DNA of 64,000 bases from Paramoeba atlantica. Lineage: Eukaryota; Protista; Discosea. Positions 27,648-39,123 of this stretch are shown one piece after another. Positions within the stretch are counted from its first letter, which is position 1. The number at the start of each line of letters is the position of its first letter. The position numbers and the translations under genes are program-made. Under the pieces are notes generated by a model. It was given only the letters and a program-made list of their open reading frames with translations, made no database searches and was not told the origin of the DNA. The stretch lies in NCBI GenBank assembly GCA_977017575.1, contig CDRNVI010000043.1, positions 682,001 through 746,000 on the forward strand, read 5' to 3'.

Positions 27648-30600
27648 GGGAATGGACGATTAGTTAGTAGTTTTCCGAAAACGAAAGCGTTCTAAAATAT
27701 ATATATATCTTTCGGAAAACCCCAACAGAAATACTCTGATTTTTTTATGCTATAAAAAATCCATTTATACTAAATTATCTTTTTTTTTTTTCTTTTCTTT
27801 ATTTTTTTGAAACTATCCGTAGAAACCAATTTGAACAAACTAATAATACTATAACATTCACTGTCGTTTTTTTTTTCCGTTCCTTTAGATATTATGTATA
27901 TAATAATACATATAGGCATTGAAAAAAACGAAACTATGTTGATACATTTGGCTCAAATGCTGTACCTGCTGCTGCCTTCCGGGGATAAGTGGTTCCGCAA
28001 CTGGGCGTACACTTCCGTCCCATTCAGTTCCTGAAGTAGGAGCTTGAACTCCATTTCAGTTGCTCGACGATTTAAGAGTGCCGCGTCGGATAGGACATGC
28101 AACAGAGATCTCGTATTTTGATGAAGAGAGCCGCAGGACAGCACTGGGATGCACTGAAATGCGAAGTCGGGAATTTTTCCGGATGTCACATATGTATCCC
28201 GTTTCCGCTTGATTGCATCTGTAAGAAGCTGGGAGCAAGATTTCGCTTGATTGGAGTTCGATAGCTCGTGCACCACAGTTAGATCATAAAATATTTCCCC
28301 GGTTGACCAATATATCACCAAATCAGGCCCTGAGCGAAACAGCTGACGTCCGGCACATGTTTTGTCATGAATCATTTTGTTGCTTGGAAACACTTTATTC
28401 TTGCAAATTCCGCATTGCCAAGTCGAAAAAGATCGCGGTTCTTTCTCGCATTGTATACCGGCCTTTTGTGCCAAATCGAAGATATACTTAACCAGCCGAT
28501 TGTGCTTCATTGTGGCATTAAGCCCTGTACATTGGACGCATCCGGGGATGTGCTGCAAAGCTGTTTTGTTGTCGAGTAACATACGACAGCCGGGGCACAG
28601 CAGCGATTTCGGGAGTCGAGGATGAGGCATCCCAAGGCGTGTCATGATTGCAATCTGAAATGCACGCGTGGGTACAAATTTAGCATTAGACTGTAACCAG
28701 TCATAGCTTCCTTTCCGTGTGGTGGCATTTAATATTGTGGCTAGCTTGGGATCGTGATCCTTTAAAGCCTCGTATGCTTTCTGGTGCAATTGCGCGGCTG
28801 TTGTTACTTCATCGATTGGGGCGACCACTGCTGTTTGACTCATTCCATTATCCATGATAGCGGATACGTTACTCACATTGCCCGCCCGAGCAGAAATTGA
28901 GTTTTTGCGCTCTAGAGCTAGGTAACGAGAAGTTTCGTATGACGCCGCACGAATACTATGACATGATGTCAGACCGAGGCCTCCTTTCTTTAGCGGCAGC
29001 CGAGCCAATTCGATTTGCTCTTTGGTCATTTCTCCCAACCACTGGTGCAGCACTTTTTCGACGTTGTTGTCGAAACTGAGAGAGACCGCGTCGGTTAACG
29101 TTGGCTCGTGCACTCTTATGGCGTATTGATGCCTCACATTCATGCTTTTGGAAAGTAGCAAAAGTGAGACATTGTTGGCGCCCATAAGTTTTAATCGGCG
29201 AAAGGCTTCGGTATTCCTGACAAGCTGCTGAAACAAACCCGACTTTACAGATTCATCTTCTCCAAGGTGTGCCCCAAGGATCTTTATAGAATCGTACGCA
29301 GCCTTGACCCCTTCATTTGCAAGCTGTTCTGGAATCGGGATTTTTTCCTGTCCACCGAACCACACGCATTTTCCAGGAGCAAGTTCAATGTTGTGAGCAT
29401 TCACCATTTCTTGGAGCCTTACAAATGCTTTGGCCAATGATTGTGAGTTTTTCGAAGCCATGTTCACGTCATCAATAAATGCATATATTTCGATGTCGGG
29501 AAACTCTTGTTTCAGAATCTCCAATAGTGGCTGCAGGAAGGCGCAGTAGTATAGAGATGCCAGCGGGGAACCTTGCCGCAAACCACATGTGCTGGGAATG
29601 ACTCCGAATAGCGTTCCATCGGATCCGTAATACAGTAGCTCTGAGGGTTGGCCGTATTCAGCGTGAAAGATCCGTTGAAACGGGCGTAGTGTACCACAAG
29701 CAAATACGTGTTTGGCGATATCCGCCCTATTCGGGGAGTTGAAGGCGTTTTTGGCGTCAATGGAAAGAATGACGTGTCCAGACTTAAAACGCTCATGCAG
29801 TCTATGAACGATTTTTTCGCATCCTGCCTTTGACGAAACGCCGTGTTGCAGTGGTGCAAAAAGAGGGCCCAAAGTGTGTTCGTAGCGCTGGAGCAATATA
29901 ACGCCGGCAAGCTTCATAAATATCTCGCCCATTGCCACTGGTCTGACTCCTCCGTTGGATTTAGGAATGGCTACGAGCCGTGCTCGGTTTAATCGAAACA
30001 AAACGCTGTGATCCACGAATCCGTTGATTAGATCCGATATCATATGGGCAAGATTAGTGCATGAGATCTCATCATCGAGCATGAGTTGCACAATCCCGTC
30101 TGTCATTCCAGTTGGGCCAGGGTTTACGCCTTTTGCGAGTCGCTTCCCTGCTTTCCGTAGCTCCTCCGTCATTATCCCGCTAATTATCGGCGCATCCTCC
30201 GGCAAAGAAATTTCGTATTGTCTTTGCGGATGTAAGGCGGCAAGCTTGTCAAGGGTCTCTTCATCCGTTAGTTGCTTTGGTGTAAAGGTCTGATCCAAGA
30301 CCTTGGCCGCCTTGGAAGTACATCCATCCAATACTAGCCTTGTCGCTCGTTTGATGGCTCGTGTATCGCTCAGTGTCTCCTCTTTTCGCTCACCGTCATC
30401 GGGCTCCCGTAACGGGCGCCGTCTTCGCCTTTTTCCACTGTTTTCTCGAACAGTCGCTAGGGATAACTTAATGGCTGATAGCAAACGGTGCCATATTTTT
30501 GTTCTTTGCGTGTGATCGGAATTTATATACTCCTGGACGATGTTCCTCAGCACCACGACAACACACGGAGCGAGGTCAGGGCTTATTGAACGTAGCGTGG

Positions 30601-32770
30601 GTATTGGTAACAAATCCACTGATGAATCATCTTTGGCTTTTTCTGGAAAGTTCATCTGATGATTCTCCAGAAACGCATCCCTTTGCACAGTAGTATCGAT
30701 CGCTGGCGGCGCTTGATGCCACGCTAGTTTATAGATCCGTACGTCCTCTTGTGGAGGTAAAACCCCGGAAAATTGTTCCCCAACTTTGTGACCAACAACG
30801 CCCCGATACGAGATAGATAACTTACCAAATCCTCCACGCTTACTATGTGTTCGAGTGACTTTGCCTATTGAGATGTTAAGCGCACCTTGTTTGTTAAATG
30901 TCCAGGCCACTGTACACATTGCGCCCGGTTTGATTTGCTTCGAATGCGTCCAAATCTCATCCGGCGAGGCCGGAAATTGTGACTCGGGCGTTACATTCTT
31001 CATCAGGTCAAAGGATTTGTTCTCCTCTGTGCTTGGGTCGATTCCGATAAACATGATCGCTGAATTTTTCTCGTTCTGTGACTTCGTTGCATTTGGCTCC
31101 CGCTCGGGTAATTCCGCATCGATTTTGGGACTTGATGGAGACCCCAACTGAGAGAGAAGCTGATCACGTTGGTTCGTTTTTTTCATGGGAGTTTCGGGAG
31201 TGTTGCACTCAAAAAACTGACGTGGCTCATCTGACGGGGAAGACGGCTCTTCAGAAAAAACATCAAAATTGTGAACGTCGTGCACGTAACCATTACCGAT
31301 CCATCTGTATCCTTCAAATCGAGGGTCTTTGGGATCTGGATGCATCTCGATGTTGGTTTCATTGGCGTCATTTGCTACCGTCGGCGGAGTATTCGTGTTC
31401 ACTTGAGAATTCCCGTGATGTGATTTATGACATGTAACCGCTGTTCCATTTGTCGATTCCGCTGTCACGTTCTGGATCCTTATCCGAGTTGAATCATCCT
31501 CGTTTCGCAGTTTCACTGGTGATGGACTGTGGCTGCGATTAGGAAGTTGAGGCAGCTGAATGCTTTGCTGACTGCTTGCAATCGATGTCAAAGTTGAGAC
31601 AGCTGCGCCGCACGTTTTCGCTGCCATGCCGCACGATTTCGTGATAATGGAACTCCATCCATTTACTTGATACAGAGTTTTGCTAATAGGAGAAGATTGG
31701 ACTATGCGCGGTGCTACCGAGGCGTTCTTTCGCTGAGCTTCTCGTTTTTCTTTCTGCATGCGTGTCCACAAATCGTTGAACGTTTGCCTCCGAAATCCAC
31801 GGCGAGGGCATCCGGACATTAACATAATCAAATCACGAATATGATAAAGTAAAGAAGTATCTAATTGAAAACATAGCTTATGTTGAACGTCTACTTCTCG
31901 TTATGCTATGGTTCCTCTTATGATGCTAGTAGATTTCTCCTATTTCTGAATAACGCGCGCTGTATAAATATTCAAAAAGGGGCCCTGGTACCACACAATT
32001 AAACTCAGAATGTTGAAGAAAAGGGAATACTTTGTGAAGGGGCTTAGCCCCCCACGCTCCGCAGCCGTGGCTGGGGGTTGGTGGGTGGGCTTCGAAAACG
32101 TGTAAATAAACTTTGAAGAATAGCCTTCACACAACACAAAATCAACAAACAGAGCAATATTTCTACCAGAAACAATACATACATATTATCAATAATTTCA
32201 CTTGAAATGTAATCATATAAAAGCTTAAAATACAGCGCGTACAATGCCCGCCGGCCACGTAAGTAAATAGCCCTCGCCTAAATTTCTTACCGTAAACTTT
32301 TAGAAATCCACGGCGAGGGCATCCGGACATTAACATAATCAAATCACGAATATGATAAAGTAAAGAAGTATCTAATTGAAAACATAGCTTATGTTGAACG
32401 TCTACTTCTCGTTATGCTATGGTTCCTCTTATGATGCTAGTAGATTTCTCCTATTTCTGAATAACGCGCGCTGTATAAATATTCAAAAAGGGGCCCTGGT
32501 ACCACACAATTAAACTCAGAATGTTGAAGAAAAGGGAATACTTTGTGAAGGGGCTTAGCCCCCCACGCTCCGCAGCCGCCAACCCGCTCACTCGTAATGA
32601 ATTCCTTGTCACTGGTAACTAAAATCACTACCTGTATGAAGAATGCTCGAAAATTGACCAGACTTTCGTAGCGTCTCCAAAACCTAAACGAAACTATTTT
32701 TTTTTTTTTTTTTTTATTATTATTATTATTCTATATAAACTAAATTTCATATAAATACGGTTGAATCGAA

Positions 32771-35443
32771 CTATCGTGCAAAATTCCTACTGACCGGGTC
32801 TGCCGGGTTGTCTTTCGTTGAGACGTAATCGGCCTTGATGCAGACGCCCCGGTCCTTCGCCCATTGCAAAACCTTACCGAGTTGGTTTGATATTCCTCCT
32901 GATTTTGAAATTTTTCTGTTTAGCGCTGCTTGGCACGAAGTGTTATCTACCCATAATTGCAAGCACGTGCCCCGGGTGAAATGTCTCTCCAACTTCTGGA
33001 GGGAAAGTCTAACGGCTGTCGCTTCTGCCCTATTTACTTCGTATTGCCAAGAGGATTTCCATTGCCCCCCCACGATGATCACTTCGCCTGAATCGAGGTA
33101 GAGGATGCCTCCCCATCCTTTCGCTGAGGCGTCTGTATACAAATTATGCTCCCGGGGAGCTATTTCAGGATGCGGGAGAGGTTCAACCGGTATGTTCCTA
33201 ACAAGTTCATTTCGCCACTGCCGTAGCATATCTCGTATTTTGTTCGGTAGATCCACTACCTCTTCGGCCATCTCCGGCATGCGGTTTAACAAGTTTATGC
33301 GGCGTTGACATATTTTAAGGGCGAAATAGTATTTTGGAATAATAATTCCCACTACTGAGGAGCAGTACAGGAGGCGCCCCACCGTCGCCTCGAGCTCCAG
33401 AAATGTAGTACGTGTAAATTGATCCTTCTCCAATTTTGCGACAACTTTGGGTCCCAGGTTGACCTTGTGTACGCGATGGTCGTACCTAACACCGTTAAAT
33501 ACGTACTCCTTCATGGGAAGGAGTCCCGAGTCTTTAAAGCGCGCTCCTGTCTCTTGCGCGCGGTCATCAACCCATTTCTTGTACTGACAGGCCTGCTGAT
33601 CTGTACCAGCAAACCGTACACCGTCCACGTAGATATCTAATGCGCCTTGTGAAAAGGTTGATTTACAGTATCCCTTCATACCGGCGATCGTAGCCGTGAC
33701 TGTGTGCATCAATTCCGGGGCGCACCGATGCCCCATCGGCAAAACGCGCATTTCATACAACACCCCCGTGTCTGAATAAAACCGAAATTTTTGACGACAT
33801 TCCTGCGGAATCGAGATTTGATAAAAACCACATACTAGGTCCCTCTTCAGACCTGACTGCGCCTTAACTCTATGCAAATATTTAGATGGATGTAGTAGGG
33901 GTACCTGAGGAACGTATTCACTCAGCCGAGCGTTGTCAGAACGCGTCCAAGAAATAAATCGTCGACGTTGCTTGCCCTCATCGTCCGTTTCAATTACCGT
34001 GAAAGGAACCAGAAATTGCATTGAGGGACGTTTGTTTTCTTCCTTTTCGGATACCGCAGAAATAATACCATGCTTAAGTAAGAGCTCGTGATCTGTATGG
34101 CTCAAACTTCCTTTCATACGAGGAGATGTTTCAGGGCAAGATGGCATGCGTAATAATTCTTTCCAAACCTGTTCGAATCTTGAGGCGGTAGCTGTAGACA
34201 TCCAGCTTCGAATTTTATTCATGTCAATAGTTGGAACTCCCGGCTTGACGTGTAACGGAATATGAAAGTCCTTCGGCTTTGCTAACTTAGAACTCCGGCG
34301 TGCACAAACTAATGTATGTCGTTTTAAGTAAGGGACTTCTTTATAACACTCTTGCATTTCTACTGGAGAAAGGGTCCGGGCAATCGCGCTGACACTCGGT
34401 GCGTGCCCAGTGCTCTTGCTGTCGTCAACTGCTGAGCATTGTATCGGAGAAGACTCTCTAAGCTCAGATGCTTTGTGAGGATTTGCACCTCCGGCAAGTT
34501 GAGGTGGCCGTTGGCGACTTCCTGAAGTAGATACGTTACAGCCCCCCGTTTTATAGAGTGGGTGCCATACCCGTTTCCTAGCACCCTTCTTATTTCGTGG
34601 TCCATCTCTCGAACTGTGGTCCTGCACAGTTTTTGGTTTTTCGGAAGGCGTCTCAAGTAATTCGCTATTTGCTCTGTCCCCGGTCCTGATATTATGGCGT
34701 GCATGTATGGGCGGTATGGATTGAGACGTGTTGTCTTTGTGCTTCTTCCCCAATAAATCACGATTTCCTGCTCGGCAATGCTCAGAAATTGGTCGGCCTG
34801 TAGCTCGGCGACTTCCGTCCAGCGCGCTGCAGCCTTCCAGCAAATCAAGATTGCGATGGCCTGTGATGGCGTGACGCTTTTGTAAAGTTTCGTTAGCAGA
34901 TACTGTGTTAGAGGTTGCATCTGTCGATGAGGTTCGAGAGCTCCCTGCGCTTGCAGCGCCTTTGAGTATAATTTCAGAGGAATTGTGTTTTCGTTCATTA
35001 GAGTGTACATCGTATGCAACCCGCGGGCGTACGCTAATCTTGTCGACATTGCCAATTTTTGTGCATCGAGGAATAAAACGGCGTTGAGAGCGGAAGGCTG
35101 TATCATTTTTACTCGACAAAAGTCCTCCATTCGACTCCATATTGCCTCTCTCGACCTCCACGTAGTGTGAGCCCACATGGGACGAATTGCGTCTCGTAGC
35201 ACCGGAGCGTTCGCGTCCTCGGTCTGGATCCCTAACATTTTGTTTGTCAACATAACGCGTCTCACTCTTGCTGTCATCGGCAACTCGGCGCGGTTCGAAC
35301 TTCTCTTCACACATATATGATCCGTCAAGCTTGCGTTTTGACTTGTCTGTGTCACGAGTAACGGCCTCCTGGCCCTCTTCTGATTTCCGTCGGTGCTCAC
35401 ATATCGAGCACCGTTCCATACAAACTTTATGCGCGAAGCGCAC
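32771..35443 (-). CDS. RT-RNase H of VIPER-like 2 (-1 frame, open from 35653)
   Basis: RRFISW, DLVCGFYQ, LPMGH, IYVDGV; RNase H motifs YTDAS, RAEA, VDN, NPADPVSR. Confidence 0.88.
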   Translation of the reverse strand: MRFAHKVCMERCSICEHRRKSEEGQEAVTRDTDKSKRKLDGSYMCEEKFEPRRVADDSKSETRYVDKQNVRDPDRGRERSGATRRNSSHVGSHYVEVERGNMESNGGLLSSKNDTAFRSQRRFIPRCTKIGNVDKISVRPRVAYDVHSNERKHNSSEIILKGAASAGSSRTSSTDATSNTVSANETLQKRHAITGHRNLDLLEGCSALDGSRRATGRPISEHCRAGNRDLLGKKHKDNTSQSIPPIHARHNIRTGDRANSELLETPSEKPKTVQDHSSRDGPRNKKGARKRVWHPLYKTGGCNVSTSGSRQRPPQLAGGANPHKASELRESSPIQCSAVDDSKSTGHAPSVSAIARTLSPVEMQECYKEVPYLKRHTLVCARRSSKLAKPKDFHIPLHVKPGVPTIDMNKIRSWMSTATASRFEQVWKELLRMPSCPETSPRMKGSLSHTDHELLLKHGIISAVSEKEENKRPSMQFLVPFTVIETDDEGKQRRRFISWTRSDNARLSEYVPQVPLLHPSKYLHRVKAQSGLKRDLVCGFYQISIPQECRQKFRFYSDTGVLYEMRVLPMGHRCAPELMHTVTATIAGMKGYCKSTFSQGALDIYVDGVRFAGTDQQACQYKKWVDDRAQETGARFKDSGLLPMKEYVFNGVRYDHRVHKVNLGPKVVAKLEKDQFTRTTFLELEATVGRLLYCSSVVGIIIPKYYFALKICQRRINLLNRMPEMAEEVVDLPNKIRDMLRQWRNELVRNIPVEPLPHPEIAPREHNLYTDASAKGWGGILYLDSGEVIIVGGQWKSSWQYEVNRAEATAVRLSLQKLERHFTRGTCLQLWVDNTSCQAALNRKISKSGGISNQLGKVLQWAKDRGVCIKADYVSTKDNPADPVSRNFAR

Positions 35444-35520
35444 AAGTATCCTGGCAATTTCGCTCGCTGCCTCTTCAAGGCTCGAGCACGAGTAGGAATT
35501 TTTGGGGTGGGGGACAATCC
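34360..35520 (-). CDS. Tyrosine recombinase of VIPER-like 2, in frame with gag beyond one TAG
   Basis: AARWTEV, HSIKRG, LTKH, LRYN. Confidence 0.85.
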   Translation of the reverse strand, partial: GLSPTPKIPTRARALKRQRAKLPGYLCASRIKFVWNGARYVSTDGNQKRARRPLLVTQTSQNASLTDHICVKRSSNRAELPMTARVRRVMLTNKMLGIQTEDANAPVLRDAIRPMWAHTTWRSREAIWSRMEDFCRVKMIQPSALNAVLFLDAQKLAMSTRLAYARGLHTMYTLMNENTIPLKLYSKALQAQGALEPHRQMQPLTQYLLTKLYKSVTPSQAIAILICWKAAARWTEVAELQADQFLSIAEQEIVIYWGRSTKTTRLNPYRPYMHAIISGPGTEQIANYLRRLPKNQKLCRTTVREMDHEIRRVLGNGYGTHSIKRGAVTYLLQEVANGHLNLPEVQILTKHLSLESLLRYNAQQLTTARALGTHRVSARLPGPFLQ

Positions 35521-36564
35521 CTATTGGATCGTCCGTCTTTCGCCGCGACGGAACGTTGTCTGCGTCTGTGCAGCGCCACTCGCCACCCCCCGGGAGAAAA
35601 CCGGTTGACGTAGCTGGGGACAGTTCGCTCGTATATGCCCAGGAGCACGACAGTTATAGCACAGTTGCTGCTGCCCTTGGCGACGATTTATACGTGTTTG
35701 CTTCAATTGCTCTTCGAGCATCGTTTTACCATAAACGTCTTCGGGGGTAGAGACCTGGTGGAGTCTTTGCTGTACGCGCTCTACCGGCGCACCCGCAGCA
35801 GCCCAGTAATGATTACGGAGTTCTTCAATCAAGCCAGTTGCAATTTCATAAAAATATCCTGTTGACCAGTCTTGCAGCTGACGAGCTGCGTAGATCCACT
35901 TTGTCAGAAGTTGGAACAGTCGTTCTCGCGCAGGCGGGGGATTAAAACGAACTCCTAACTCCGGGGTGTCCCGTAACTCGCGGATCAACTCACGCGGTTT
36001 AAACTCATCTTCTGACTCCACCCAAGGGCCCCACGTCTTCGGAATCACCGGGGAAAAATCCTTGGGGTCCGACACCGGTACGCGCGCGATGGAAGTTACA
36101 GGGTTTTCCACATGCTCCCCCCCGGGCATCCTGGCCTGGACCTTCGCAAGTTCGATGGAGAAATAGTGTATGTCAGGAAACGGAAACCCGTACTCAACAT
36201 CAGGCTCGTCGTCCCACCGGGCCTTCAACTCACTCCCCACCGGGTCTTCGGGATTGAGAAAATAAACTCGTCCCGTGACAGTGTGGCGCGCGTTGTCGTC
36301 CTTGTGTCCCCAAATAGCGCGAATCCATACGCGGTGGCCCCGGGTAAGTAAAAAACGGACTTTTTGCGAAAAATCGGACTTTGCGGAATCACTAAGCGGG
36401 GTCGCTATATCCTCTCCTTGCAATATACCCTCAACCTGGTCAGGGTTGAGAGTATGACGGGTCGCCCGAGGAGAACTGCGAGGAGACTCAGGAGGTACCG
36501 GATCAGGGCTGCGTGCACGTCCGAGTGATATCGCTCTAGAAACCGCGCTCACAATGCGTGACAT
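35521..36564 (-). CDS. Gag of VIPER-like 2 (~347 aa from MSRIVSAV) with CCHC zinc knuckle
   Basis: CYNCRAPGHIRANC. The ATG at 36564 follows the 5' repeat directly; the ORF-track extension lies inside that repeat. Confidence 0.85.
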   Translation of the reverse strand: MSRIVSAVSRAISLGRARSPDPVPPESPRSSPRATRHTLNPDQVEGILQGEDIATPLSDSAKSDFSQKVRFLLTRGHRVWIRAIWGHKDDNARHTVTGRVYFLNPEDPVGSELKARWDDEPDVEYGFPFPDIHYFSIELAKVQARMPGGEHVENPVTSIARVPVSDPKDFSPVIPKTWGPWVESEDEFKPRELIRELRDTPELGVRFNPPPARERLFQLLTKWIYAARQLQDWSTGYFYEIATGLIEELRNHYWAAAGAPVERVQQRLHQVSTPEDVYGKTMLEEQLKQTRINRRQGQQQLCYNCRAPGHIRANCPQLRQPVFSRGVASGAAQTQTTFRRGERRTIQ

Positions 36565-37619
36565 TCTTCGAAAACGTGTAAATAAACTTTGAAGAATAGC
36601 CTTCACACAACACAAAATCAACAAACAGAGCAATATTTCTACCAGAAACAATACATACATATTATCAATAATTTCACTTGAAATGTAATCATATAAAAGC
36701 TTAAAATACAGCGCGTACAATGCCCGCCGGCCACGTAAGTAAATAGCCCTCGCCTAAATTTCTTACCGTAAACTTTTAGAATGTTTGACTTTGAAATTGT
36801 AATTTTCATGGTTTTCTGAGACCTGATGTTTGGTGATTCTGATGCGACGTTTGGCGTAACGTTTGTCGACGAGAGCGATGGTGGAAATTCTGAATCTTTT
36901 CGTGAAACCGCAACTGGTATTGTTCTTTGTGGCGTGACCATCTCGTGAGCCTTGCGGTGCGAGAATCCTTTAGGCGGTTGAGGCGTCTCCGTTGAAGCAC
37001 CTTGTGGGGGAGAGGGGCTCAGTCGGATTAGCTGTGGTGAGGCGAGCGGGGGTGGCATAGGGCGCGGTAGAGCTGAGGGGGCGGAGGAGTTCAGAAGCGG
37101 CGGAGAATGGAGCGGTCGACGATTACGTGCGGCTCTCGTTGGAAACCGTGAAGGGAAGTGCGCCGCAAGGGTATCATAGAAGGAGGGTTTCTTTGCCATA
37201 ATTTTGTCAGGTTGACTTGGTGGTGAGCTCGGCTGCGGTAGTGTTGTTGGCTGCGGTGGCGGTAATGGTGGCGGCTGTGGAAGCGTTCCCGGTGACAGCG
37301 GTGTCGTTGGCAATGGCGGTGGCTGTCGCATGGTTCGGGACGGCGATGGCGTCTTTGGTGATTCCATTCGTTCTAGTCGCATCTCTGTACTCGGATGTGT
37401 GGAATTCAAGGACGGGGACGGCGTCTGCGGGGGATGCGGGGGGGATTTCTGCGGGGGCGGCGCACCTAGCGGAGAGTTCGTGGTTAGTCCTGTTCTCTTT
37501 TTGCGCCGGGTGACAGGCAGAGGCAAAATCTCAGGAGCTACTCCCGATTCTTTCGCCTTGGAGCGGGTGACCACTCCCATAGAAATGTAGAAAGTAAGAG
37601 GTAATAATTCAACAAACTC

Positions 37620-39119
37620 TTTGCAATCTCGTCGCGTGAAGGGCTATTAAAAGCGTTCTTCATATCCAACGAGAGGATAGCACACCCTTCCATATATCGT
37701 CGATTGAGTTCGTGAACAATAGTCTCGCAGCCAGCGCTTTTGTTATATTATTATTATTAGCCAGCGCGACTCATTACCCCATGCTGCATCGGCAGGAAAA
37801 GCTTTTCAAATTTATGTTCGTTACGCAGAAGAAGGATTAGTCCAGCCAACTTGAGAAAAATTTCTCCCATTGCCACCGGTCGAACGGCTTGAGCTGTTTT
37901 AGGGAGTGCAACTAAGCGTGCTCTCCGCAGTCTGCGCATTACATCCTTGGAGAGCATTCCGTTAATTAAATCGCACATCATGTGGCTTAGACTCGTGCAA
38001 CAGATCTCATCGTCCAAGAGCAGACGAATGATGGCCTCTGTGGTACCGGATGGACCTGGGGCGGCGCCTTTTGCGAGTCTCTTTCCTGCTTCTCGGAGTT
38101 CATGGGGCGGGATACATGCTACCTTCGGGGCGTCGGTGGGAAGCTCAAAAGAAATCGGTAAAGATGGGTGTAGTTTTTGTAATTGAGACAATTTTTCTTC
38201 GTCCCCTAATGATGTTTCGGTGATGTCTTGATCTAACACGCGCGTCGCTTTCTTAATCGCTCCTTCCAAAACCAGTCGTGTCGCTTTTTTGACTGCTCTC
38301 AGATCTTTAGCCTTTTGCTCCACTTCACTGTTTCCTGCGTTCGTCTCCTGAGTTTGAATTGGGCGGCGACGACGCTTTTTTCCAATGAGATGGCGCACTG
38401 TAGCTAACGAATGTTTCATTGCCGACATGGTTCTGTGCCAGATTTGATTTCGTTGGTCGTAAGAAGAATCTGCGTAATCCCGCATTATGTCACGATAGAT
38501 AGAGACAACACAGGGCACAAACTCTGAACTGACAGTCCGCATGGTTGGCATTGGATCGAAATCCAAGTCTGCTTCCGTATGAGAAAATCCTTGATTACTG
38601 GGAATTCCTTTAGCGTCCACATCAATTCTGCTTTTTGAATCCTTTCGATGTAGCCATTGTATTGAATAAACTCTCACATTAGAATTGGGAGGAATGAACC
38701 CACGAAATTGCTCGCCGCATTTGTACCCTTCTATACCTTCATACTGGAGAGACATCCGTCCGATTCCGGCACGCTTCTTAACCGACTTAACCACCCCTTT
38801 CGATATATTCAGCTGCGAGGAATCGCTGAAGCACCATGCCATCAAGCACGAGTCCCCTTGTTTCGCCGTTTTTGATGAATCCCAGATGGTATCCGGTGCC
38901 AGTGGAAACTGCTCCGTTGGGTTTATCGACTTATTCAACTTCTCTATCATCTCGGCCTCCTTGGCAACTTCTATGACAGACTCTGTTTCAGCAGGAAGTT
39001 CAAAGTTCGGCATCGTGATATTGTTTTCGTCAACTACCTCGTGCAGTGTCGTAGACCCGTCAACCCTTCCCGTGCTCAATAGGGTGTCCTCAGGAGTTAA
39101 ACAGTCGGCGTATGTCTGA
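37620..39119 (-). pseudogene. Duplicate of the H 5' half, with a 22-nt (TTA)-tail insertion
   Basis: Matches 17591-19060 except for the insert at 37738-37759. Confidence 0.85.
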
Positions 39120-39123
39120 CATT

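Larger units (their letters stand above)
22426..27779 (-). mobile_element. VIPER/TATE-like tyrosine-recombinase retrotransposon 1 with split direct repeats (A1-gag-YR-RT/RH-B1-A2-B2)
   Basis: Repeat 22426-22636 recurs at 22732-22942 and repeat 22609-22725 recurs at 27663-27779. The gag>YR>RT/RH order is VIPER/TATE-like. Inserted in a T-run without TSD. Confidence 0.88.
31792..36781 (-). mobile_element. VIPER/TATE-like tyrosine-recombinase retrotransposon 2 with split direct repeats
   Basis: 31795-32067 = 32306-32578 and 32090-32305 = 36566-36781. Crossover at GAA, no TSD. Confidence 0.9.
27780..37615 (-). mobile_element. B2: duplicate of B1, split by VIPER-like 2 (coding 27953-31791 and 36782-37580)
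   Basis: Near-identical to B1 with a few substitutions. The target ctccGAAtgttt is intact in B1 (16747-16758). Confidence 0.92.

Noticed and set aside
26862-35523. Genome-wide stop-codon reassignment as the explanation for the gag-YR in-frame stops
   Set aside because: TAG and TGA terminate other intact ORFs here at homologous C-termini (A1 TAG, B1 TGA, I TGA), consistent with the standard code.
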